From Marsupella aquatica (Eukaryota; Plantae; Marchantiophyta): a DNA stretch of 64,000 nucleotides. How positions within the stretch are numbered: position 1 is the stretch's first letter; the number at the start of each line of letters is the position of its first letter. The notes beneath the pieces were generated by a model. It was not told the origin of the DNA, made no database searches, and saw nothing but the letters and a program-made list of their open reading frames with translations. The translations under genes were made by a program, and so were the position numbers. The stretch lies in NCBI GenBank assembly GCA_973895155.1, contig OZ316891.1, positions 248,001-312,000 of the forward strand. The letters run 5' to 3'. Shown here one piece after another: positions 1 to 10,900 of the stretch.

Positions 1-782
1 GGTACCTTTTTGCTCGCTTCTGGTTCTTGAAAGAGTAGTCCTCTTTGTCCGGATACTTCGAGGGCCACATTGTATTAAAAAACTTACTCTTCACCGAGTC
101 TCCGTATCTCTTGAAATCATTCGTAACTATATCAATGAGAGCTTCAAAAGATTCACATGCCCAGTCTTGCAAGCGATTCTCGGGAATGGTTTGTTGGACC
201 TCCCGCAAAGCACACTGTAACATCCCCACTGCAATCCCCTCTACATTGTTCCACGTAATCCAGGTATGACACCACTGTTTTACTGGATCATCATTCACGT
301 TGTTCGGATGGAAGAATTGCCTTCGGAGCTCAGGATTGCAATGGGCGACAAGCAAAGTACTCCTGAGCTTGGGGTCAAGTGCAGAAACAGCAGTAAAAAG
401 CCTGGCTCGGTCCATCGTACACAAGACGGTATCAGGTTTCTTCTCTCGTTTATTTCTCTCCGTCACAGCATACATTTCTACGCACGTAGATAGAAAGTCC
501 TCAAATTCAGGACTCAACAAAGGAGTGATTTTTGATGTTTTCACTGCCCAGTCCTTGGTGGCCTCCTTCATCATTACGGCATGCCTTGTGGAAACCTCCT
601 TGGCCGACCAAGGGGTACCTAGGGCCACAGCGGACTCCATGTCAAGCTTGAACTGGTTAGAATATGATTTAATTTTATTCTCACATAGAATATAGACAAG
701 AGCCTCTTGAGGCATCTTCTTCGTGTACCAGGATCCTTTCCGCGTCTTCAGCCTGATCTGCTCAAACTTCTTATAATTGGTC
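1..782 (-). pseudogene. Fragment of an inverted paralog of the ParB/MTase-like gene (middle exon), running off the window edge
   Basis: Minus-strand translation NYKKFEQIRLKTRKGSWYTKKMPQEALVYILCENK...SKITPLLSPEFEDFL...MDRARLFTAVS...NDDPVKQWCHTW...KFFNTMWPSKYPDKE aligns colinearly with the 7128 ORF. Homology stops at ~782. Confidence 0.85.
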
Positions 783-806
783 TATGATCCTGGATGAGAG
801 GAAGCT

Positions 807-1121
807 ATGATCCTGGATGGCGAGTGGGATGTGGGTATTGGAATTGCATGTGGGAAGCAATTCAAAATCCGGACCCACGAGAACCTTCGATCCCCAAACA
901 CTTACTTTGTCCAAATTTGCGTCTTCCCAACCTGTTCCTGTGAGGATTTCTTCCGTCGTCATTCTCGTGGCAAGCCATATATGCCTTGTAAACATTTGTA
1001 TTGGGTGTTTATAAATGTCTTCAAGTTTCATGTAGAGGAGTCTACCCTGTGTATCCAGCCCATTTTCACAGTTGCGGAAGTTAGACTCGTGCTGGATAGG
1101 CAGAACGTGAATGGTTTGTAG
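807..1121 (+). CDS. SWIM zinc-finger protein, C-terminal fragment (transposon-associated)
   Basis: YFVQICVFPTCSCEDF...PCKHLYWVF matches the SWIM CxC-xn-CxH motif. The 5' part is lost at the ~782-819 junction. Confidence 0.75.
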   Translation: MILDGEWDVGIGIACGKQFKIRTHENLRSPNTYFVQICVFPTCSCEDFFRRHSRGKPYMPCKHLYWVFINVFKFHVEESTLCIQPIFTVAEVRLVLDRQNVNGL

Positions 1122-1766
1122 AGTAACACGACATTCTAGAGATTGTCGTTTTTCGTAACAGATACTATGGTTTTTGTCTGTAGTCAACGGATATTACACT
1201 TGTTTTTTCTTTCTTTTGGTTAGCGCCTAGCGCTGGTTCCAGAACATTAATATTTTTAAATTTTCAATTTTATCTAGTTATTTTCATGTCGTTGTCCCTT
1301 AACTTAAACTTTTGTCCCTGTTAAAGCTTTGTTAGCGTCGGGCGCTAGTTTTCACACTCTGTCTGGCTCCAATATTGCAAATTCCAGAACCCTTCTTCGC
1401 CGATCGGTTGTTTAAGCCTATAACTGGATTTAGGGTGGGTCCTACCCTAAATTACTCCATCCCTGCATGGATTTTATTTTTCCTTCTCGTAGGCCGAACT
1501 GCGCTTTCTGAACTGGACTATTCTGAAATGATGTTGTATCTAAATAGCAGGGATATTGAAGGACGACATTATTCATGTAGAACAAATGGACACTCGGTTT
1601 GGAACCTCTCTTTGCAGCTATGACCACACCCTTGGCTTATATCTGACCTCGTCACATTTGGCACTAACAAGACGTTCAACTTGATGATGTGGTGGAAAAT
1701 GACGTTAATTTTTTGCAAACTTAGCCAAAAAAGTACACTTTTACCATAAGACTTTCCTGTTACCAG

Positions 1767-4700
1767 TTAAGAGTTATCTGATAACAGGAATTCTGTTACC
1801 TGTTTCCTGTCACCGCTGTTATACCCTTGCTGAGATAGGAATTGGACCTCAACTTCCGAAAGATTTGTGCCCTTCAAAACGGGCAGGGTATGAGGAAACG
1901 GGGGAAGATTCACCACATTACGACGGGGCCGACTCTTATAGCATGCATTATTGGGACAGAACCAAATCATCTCAGGATATGGTTCTCCCTTGAACATGCG
2001 GTATCCTTTGACAACAATGCCAACTACACCATCCGTTGACGGGTAACCAACCTTTTTCAGACGATTTTGACATTCATCTCAATCCAATTTACCACCAAGA
2101 GATCCATTACATTGAGGCCCTGCACCATGTTTGGTCACTCTTCGCAGGTGCCAAGCACCTGGTCGCACATCTGTCTCCAACACAGATGAGTCATGGACAA
2201 CCCTTTGGAGGTTCGGAGGTGCACTTTGCGGTGCTACAGAGGACCTTGTCACCCTCCTCCACGATGGAGTACTCCAATGACACCCTTCTTTGATTTTGCT
2301 CTCCGACAGATCCACAACGCCAATGTTATTGTGAACAGGTCCCTCTGCATTCGGGGAGAATTTGGTCTTGTTTAAGTTTTTCCTCTTCATGCCTCGAGTA
2401 TTTGGTGATGTTACAAGAATAGTGTCATGCCGATGGGAGTCTTGTGCCGAGATATTCCCAGAGGCCTGACCTTTCCTCTTCATAGACTTTGTTGTAACAT
2501 CCCCATTGAGTGGACCACTCCTTTCCAGGTCGAATTCAGCCGCACCGGAAAGAAGAATATTGGAAGCATCTTGGAAAAGTTTTGAAGAACCTGCCTGGTC
2601 CGCCGAACGGAATGCCAATTCCCAAATTGTAGGTCCGGTTCCTCGGTGAAGACCTCTCTTATACGCCGTGTATGCTGCAACTTGTGAGACACCCTTGTTT
2701 TGGTCCATCTCACATGCTTCGAATAGGCCAGCCTTTTTCTTAGTTTGCCAAGCCTTCATTATGGAATGCGCCGCCTCTGAAGTAGTACAGTTAGGAATCA
2801 TAGCGCTTTCCTCCACACTTTTGTTCTGCATCCACCATAGGAGCAGAGTTTAGGAAATATGAATTAGCCACATGTACATAAAATCAATGACAGCGCCTGG
2901 CGCTAGCAACATTCAAACTAAATTTTTGTAAATTTAAGAAACAAGTGGTCCATTAATACTAGCGCCGGGCGCTAGTATCAAAAACCAGATAATGATGAAC
3001 GAAACCTACGAGACCACACTAACTGAAAATAATGGTAGCGCGAAGCCCTAGTATGAGTTCGAGTGGTTACTGGATGTTGAAACTCACCAAACGAATGAAA
3101 TTTCCCCATTGACGCCATCGGACCACCCACCACGCCAACCAACCTTGGAGCATTCGAAGCTTCCCTAGAACACAATTCCCAGATCTCCACCATACATCAA
3201 TATCCCTTGAAATTCTGTATGCTCCAAGAAATGTGGACGCATTCCTTAAAGAGTCCCACATCTTCCGATGCTCATCTCGTTTTTCTTCCAATACACCTTC
3301 AATCGAGTGACGATGAAACGATTGATAGAAGTGAAACGCATCCGATCGCTCCTTTTCTGGGTTAGGATGTCCTCCGAAAAACACATTCTGAACATCATTC
3401 CATCCAGCTTGGGCATTGTCAGCCATGAATCCATGGATCACAACATTATCCAACCCATTTTCATGGCAAACCTCAATCATCAATTTCCAAGCTTTCTCTA
3501 AAGACTCTGAATCTTCTACTTTCAACTCACATGTGAAAATTGTGCAAAGAGCACGATAATTGTGATCATAAACATGTGCGCTAAAAGTTTAAAGTTTAGG
3601 GTTTAGGGTTTAGGGTTTAGGGTCTTTTGTCATCCTCCTCATCACATCAAAACTGACCCATGCCCCTTCCAATGGACCTCCAGGCTGCATTTGGCGCAAT
3701 AAATCAACTCCAGATCCGTGCCCTTTTACAGTCATTTTGAAAATATGTGGCCTATCCTCTTTACAGCCTTGACCTGGGAGCATGTAACGTTGCAGAAAGG
3801 GAAAGATTATGCATTTCTGCATTTCAACAAGAAACTCCAACTCACCTTTGCCTTTTTGGTCTTGCCGAACGCTTCAAAAAAGAGATGCAAACTTTTGAGG
3901 GGTCGAAACTACCATTAATGACTCCCAAATTTCTCTTTCCTCCAATTCACCAATGTCATTGTTGGACACACAAAGAGCCTTCCTTAAAGATCCAGTTATA
4001 GCGTTCTTCAGACCCGATGGTGTGGCACACGGCGTAGCTTCATGTTGTTTCTTTATGAAGTTGTGAGCAATCTTTTCAGCACCACGAGAAAAAACTTTTT
4101 GACTAGGATGAGCATGAGTTCCGACATGCACAGCAAGACGGGACATATGCTTCCAAGTATCCTCGTCTAGAAGTAGTTGAGGGTACATATAAAAAAGCAT
4201 TGCAGGACATGCTTCAGTACAAAAGGGTAATTGTTGGCAATAGTGACAAACTACGCCACCCTCGTCAATCATCTTACCTATGGTATGTGGCCCTGCAAGT
4301 TTGGGTGTCCCATCCCAAGCTTTACAATTTCTTCGTTTCTTCCGCAAAAGATAATCACACTTCTGATTCTGACATTCTAGTGCTCATGTACATGTCACTT
4401 TACCAAATTCCCAGAACTTTTTTGGTTGTACATTCACAAAGGTTGGAAATATTCGAGTCTAGAAGTAGCAGTCTTTTGGCCGATCCATGTCACGGAGTCT
4501 TGAACCTTTTGAAAGAAGACCTTCTACGGGAGGCAATTCAAATACAACATTTCCATTGTATTTTCTTGGGAGGCAATTCACCTGCTCATGCCTGAAATCA
4601 CATGTTTGGATGAATCGCAACAGTTCACTATGGCCAGTTGATTTGAGAATAGCATCCATCACGCTTTGACGGTAGACAATACCTCCCGCAACACCCCCTG

Positions 4701-5157
4701 CAACGTGTGTCTCCGCAACACCCCCCACAACGTGTGTCTCGGAAGGAAACTGACCTTCCATCTTGATCAAAGTTCCCGGATTGGGCGATTTTTGTGAATG
4801 AACGACAACATCCTCCTCATCACTATCGGAAAGGTGAATGATTGGAACCGGATGAATTTCATTCGTAACGGAATTATCTCAAAGATTGATATAGTATCTC
4901 TTCCCAGCGTTCAGTTGCCAAAATCTGACTCCATCATCGATATCAAACAATGCATCACCAGCCTCATCAGAAGCATCAACAGGTTTGATGGAAAGAATGT
5001 CATTGATGCCAATGTCAAATCTTCCACAAAGATAGTTCTCACTAACCTGTTTGTACGTATCGGAAGAACCTAAAGGAATGCGTACAATCTCTCCAGTTCC
5101 AGAACGTAGAAGCACAACTGAATTAGACATTGCGGAACAATAATCCCGAATTGACAA
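1767..5157 (-). pseudogene. Mutator-like (MULE) DDE transposase with N-terminal GCM/WRKY-like zinc domain, disrupted
   Basis: ORF pieces 4459-4770, 3874-4347 (CHYC..C.A...RLAVHVGTHAHP), 3610-3840 (WVSFD), 3067-3525 (GFMADNAQAGWN, DAFH at the MULE CxxH position), 2079-2831 (TTSEAAHSIMK, catalytic E helix) and 1767-1997. It has stops, frameshifts and an intron at ~2850-3070. Confidence 0.75.
3595..3622 (+). repeat. Interstitial telomeric repeat (TTTAGGG)4 inside the transposase coding region
   Basis: Four perfect TTTAGGG units lie between the RRMTKD and TFSAHVYD codons. Confidence 0.9.
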
Positions 5158-7911
5158 ACAAAGAAAATGAGAGAATAGGAGAACATAACCCGACTTAAGT
5201 TAAGTGAATTCGTAACAAACTCTAGAAGATTATCATTTGTGAATGACAAAACGGGTACTAGTCGTAAAATGTAGAAACATAAATGTTGTTTGTCATTTTG
5301 CCAACGTCACTACGTACTGGTAACATCAATAATATAGTTTGAGAAACATGATCAGATATTTACTAGCGCCCGGCGCTACCATAAATAAGTCATGGAATTA
5401 AAACCTAAAAACCAAACTTCATATGCTAGCGCCAGGCGCTATCATTAATCCACTTCCATTTAAAGGTGAAAAACTCTATTAATTTTATTGGAATAACAAA
5501 AATGTCAAAAGACATTGAGTTTGTTTGATATAATTGTTGTTTATAGGAAATATACACGTATCAAATATAGTTAGCGCCCAGCGCTGACATAATTTCATTG
5601 CTGACATCAGTGTTAATGATGTTATTTTAGTGGTTTTTGAATGCTAGCGCTTGGCGCTAGTATCGAAAGGAATGACTTGTATTATCCCAACGGTTATATC
5701 TAACAGTAAAGTGCATGAACGTACTCATTGTTTCACGCTTTTTGCAGTTGACTTCTTTAACAATAGCCTACGGATCATCGCTCCTCCCTTACCCCAGTTA
5801 AAAAGAGGCGTTACATATACTCATTCTAAACAGTATCGGCCACTTGTCCTTGTCATGATTGGTGAGTGAGATCCTTTTCTTCCGCATCGATGTACCTCCC
5901 ATGATGTCAACCGCCCAAGTTTTAAAGGTTTCCTGCTTGTTCTTTTTGTACGGTAATTTGTTCAGAGCGTGAGAATAGACACTGGCTCTATGTCATACAA
6001 GCACCTTCGCAAACTTTGGGGCTCCACGATGCAACCTTCAAGCGCTCCAAGCTCTCCAAGAGGGTATACCACGGTTCCGGAGGGAGATCAGGGTCATTGC
6101 GAGAGTACACAATCTTCATTCTCTGGGGCATTCTATTCGCGTCGTGTTACAAGATCGAGCGGAGCGATTCCTTCATCAAACACAACACTCCCGAGCCAGA
6201 AGCCAAGAAGGGGCAGAATGGAGATTGATGGCATGACCGATTACGCTTTGGGAGAGGGCAATGAGGTAGGACTTGGAATGGATGAAGTCATCTCCAAACA
6301 CATCATGTCGTTTGGGAAAGATTTCCGGGGGAATAAGAAGGAACCTCCACGGATTCCGCTTTGTCGCCTGGTCCACATGGAGGTTGTTTGGACGTTACAG
6401 AAGGAGAGTGCGTCAATTGAGAAATTGAAAGACGCATTCCAAAGTAGTGGATACAATCCCAGGATAGGAATGCGGTTTTTTGTACAGTCGACCAATTCGG
6501 ATGGTTTGGAGCAAATCTGCACTGAAGAGATCAGGGAGATTTGGGATGCAATTTGGGTTGCTGAGAATGAGAAGTTTGAGTTGGAGTGCGAGGCAGATCC
6601 TACCTTTATGATCTTGAAAGACAAAATGTTCTTAGTGTTTGATGGGAATCATCGACTTTACTTGTGGACGATGGTCACAAAGGAAAATCCTGACAACGTC
6701 AAGTATCATCCCAGAGTTCTCTACACAATTTTCAAGGGTGACAAAGCTTCGCAAATTCAGATTGAGGCGGCTATGCACACTGTGAACCAGTACGTTTTTT
6801 GCCCTAGCTTGTAATTAACGATTTCCGCAATACTTGGTTATTACATAAATACAGTGTTTATGGAGTGTTTATAGAATAATATAGTGTTTATAGGCTAATT
6901 GAGTGTTTAAGTTAAGCTAGCGCCCGGCACTAATAATTGAAAACCTGGCCTATTGCAGGTTAGGGCAGGCCGTTGTTGAACCGTCGTGGATCCTTGACGT
7001 AGACAGAATCCGGAGGATTCTTTCTCACGATCTAGAGCACTACAAGTCTATCATTGACAACGCCAATTATGCAAAGTTTGAGTATATCAAACAGAAGACT
7101 CAAAAACATTCTTGGTACACAAGAAAAATGCCTCTGGAAGCTCTAGTCTATATTTTATGCGAAAACAAATTTAAACCTTACACTAACCAGTTCAAGATGG
7201 ACATGGCACTGGCAGCAAGTCAAGGCAATCCTTGGTCCGCTGATGACATCACAAAGCGGCAATCGCTCATGTTGAAAGAGTCTACTAAAGATTGGTCCAC
7301 GAAAACGTCAAAAATCACTCCTCTTCTTAGTCCTGAGTTTGAAGATTTTCTAGGTACCTGTGTAGAGATGTACATTTTGACAGAGAAAAACAAGCAAGAG
7401 AAAAATCCAGATTCGGTTGTTTGCACTATGGACCGTGCCAGACTCTTCACTGCAGTTTCGACGCTTGATCCAAAATTGAGGTGTACATTGCTCGTTGCTC
7501 ACTGTACTCCAGAGTTGAGAAAACAATTCTTCCACCCTTCGAGTGTGAACGATGATCCAGTGAAGCAGTGGTGCCACACATGGCAAACATGGAATACCGT
7601 CAAGGGAATTGCAATTGGGATGCTACACTCGGCAATTTCCGTAGCGATTGAAATGCTACCGGTTGATAGGCTTGCCCAGTCAGGGTGTGACTCGATAGAA
7701 AATCTGATTGAAGTAATTTCAAGTGAATTTCGAAAGTATGGGGATCTTGTGAAGGCAAAGTTCTTCAACACCATGTGGCCATCAAGATACCCTGATAAAG
7801 AGGTATACACCAAGAAAAATCAGAAGAGGGCCAAGAGGTATTTGTATCGTTTCTACATTTGGATGGAAATTCATTCCCCGGATGCTCTTTGGGCGTATCC
7901 AGCCGCATTTA

Positions 7912-10900
7912 TGTGGTGCGTCCCATGGCTCCCTAAACCCAAGAAACCCCCCAGCTCAAGCCGATTCCCGCAGGTTTCGTGCTTGGCGAGGCCGTTTCCG
8001 CGGCTTAGCGGCATGGGACGCTGCTAACCTTCTACTACTACTATTAACATTTTACACACATATACTGGACAGATCCTTCATCGGGTCATGAGATACGTAG
8101 CCGGCCTAATATAGGCCTTCCCCTGTCTTCCCCTGTCTTCCCCTCCGTCTTGTTAGGTATGTTTGGATTCCGCCGCCGGAATGATCCCCAATAGGCTTGG
8201 TTAAGCCGCTAAGACCTCTCTCAGCTCGACACATCCAACTCTCACTCCCCTGCTTACTTTCCTTCCTTCTGTTGATGTGGGCACTCTTCACACAAGTTAA
8301 TGCGACACACAAATAGCAAAATGACTCATTCTGACTGAGTCATACCATGCACTTGCCATACAAACAGTACATCTCATACACAAGTTCTGCGAACTAAGCC
8401 GTGAGGCCAACTCTATTCAGCTCTTAGGCATGAGGAAACATGAATATACACAAGGGTCACTGTATGACTAACCGAGAGCTTCTCGTACTACTTGATCCCA
8501 GCCCGGCTGGTGCAAACTAAAAACTTGCTAAAGAAGAGGCCCTGAGCTCCCCGCTGCCCAGGTACTTATCCTGGTAGTGGATCCGCCATTCTTTGCATCG
8601 TAAGCCTAATCTACTTAACAGTAATCTACTTGCCCGAATCTACCTATGTACAGCAAGGCAGGAGCACAAGTGTTGCTCCTACCAGTGGGACCGCAATCCC
8701 ACTAAGCTAAGTGTCAGGGCCGCTCCTGGTTCTGATCCTAATCCTAAACGTGGAGATCCGTGCCCGCCCTGCCCACTCACGCCTCCTCCCTCCACGTCCG
8801 CCCTCCCTAAAAGGAACGGCGCCCTTGCACCGTCACGACACCGGTGGTGGATCCTCAATGGACGCCCCCAACACTTCCTCCTCAGCCACTGCCGTTGGCC
8901 CGCCTACTGACAGATTACCTGCCCTTGACCGAGTCAACTCTCCATCGGCCTGACTGGGTCCACCTTCGGCTTCAGCCTCGACAACTCCCACGGCTTCGGC
9001 TTCAGCCAACCCCACGGCTTCGGCTTCAGCCAACCCCACGGCTTCGGCCTCCCCTTCCCCTAGGGTAGTTGGATCCTTAGCCGTGACCCTGTCTGGGGTC
9101 GGTGCTGGGTCTACCTCCTTGATCACCACGGCCTGTGAAGTCGTATTACTCCTTGACCCTGAAGGTTTCCGCTTCTTCTTCGTTGGTGGCTCGGCAGCTG
9201 GTCCCTTCCCCTTCCCACTTACCTCCGGCACTGGTGCAGGTGGCGCGGCTTGTCCTTCGGCAATTACCACCCCTGGTAACTGGTTTGTCCCAACAGGAGA
9301 TGGACCTGCTGCAGCTAAGCATTTAAATACTACGGCTTGTTTCTTCAGCCGCTCTGTTTGGTTGTCGGCCCGCCGCTGTAGGTTCTCCATCTTCCTCGTG
9401 ATTTCCTCCAACTCCTCTTGGGTTTCATCCAGGTCCTTACGTGCCCCCTCCAGCTCGTTTTTGGCCTCCTCCTGCTCCCTGTGGGCTTCCTCCAATTCCT
9501 TCTTCAAGGTAGCCTTCTCCTCCTGGGTTGCTCTTAGCTCCTTGTCGAGCTCTGCAATGATGACAGACTCCATCTGGTTCATCTTGGCGTAAGTCTGTTC
9601 GAGCATCTCGTCCTTCTCCCTTAGGTCGGCCTTGAAGCTGGCCGTCAGGGACGCAAGCTCCTGCTGCAGCGCCATAATCCCTTGATAGGATTTCCCTAAC
9701 TCGACCTCCTTCTGCTCAAGGGCTCCGCGGATTTTCTCGAGCTCCCCTTTCAACGCCCATTCCTTTCTTTGGGTCTCCGCCATGGCCCGGCTGTTGGCTG
9801 TTATGTGGGCCTCCTCTGTATTCTTCAGCTCTTGCTTCCACTTTTCCCTTTCTTTGATCGTGTCGGCCAACTCTTCCTGCGTCTGAGTTAGTTTATCCTT
9901 GATATTCTGATTATCAGCCTGCGCGGCGTCCAACTGCCCCTGCATGATGTTCAGCTCATGTCGTTTAATCCGCAGTTCATCTTGGGCTTTCTTGGCCGCC
10001 CTTAGATCTTCAATCTCGGCTCCCATCCTCCTAAGCCGCCGAATGACCTCGTCCTTCTTGCTTCTCTCTAAAGCCACCGCTTCTTCTAATTGGTGCTTCT
10101 CCAACTGCTCCCTATGGAAAAAGGGTCCTACCTCCAACTCCTCTCCAAAGATGCCGAGCGCAAGTTCCCCACACATCTCACCATACTCCATGGCTCTATT
10201 CTTAGCGTAGGTGGAGTAAGTAGAAGTGATCGGCATCGCCCATCGTGGCCTCTGCTCCCAAGCCGTCCTGCGGATCTCTTCAATCGTGGCTAGAGGTTTG
10301 CTTCCTTTTTCGGCTAGCCGCCTGATGTCCTCCGGCCAATCTCCTCCTGGTAAATCCTTTTCCTTAGCCAGGGCGGCCTCTTCCTCCTGCTTGATTCGCT
10401 CCTGAAATTCCTGCACCGTCTGTTTTATGCCGTCGAAGCTCGGGGGAGCAACATCTGGTGGGGGAGACTCAGGGCTACTCTGCTGGTTGGGGTCCCCTCG
10501 CACTACCCTTGGAAGTGTGGGGACAAACCGGCCACAGGTCCTTACTCCTGGAACGTGATGGTCCGACCCATAGCCGGAATTATCATGGCTGCAGTCCTCC
10601 ACTGCCTCCTCTACCTCTTGGATTTCCGGCTTCTCCCTCTCCTCTTCCTCGGTAGGAGCTTCAGGCAATTCTGCCTCAGATTCGGAGCTTGAGGTTCCCA
10701 CGTACATTCGAACACCTGGCTTGGATTCCGGCCTGATTCTCTCCTTGTCTCCAGCAAAGGGGTTTTCTCTTGTGAGCCGGTGTAGGCCTACCTCTGTAGT
10801 AGTGTCCTGCATTGTTGCCGTTGCCGTTGTTGTTGCCGATGACGATTTCTTTTCTTTCTCCAGTAGTTTCAGCAAACTCTGCATGCCTGGTTGCTGCATC

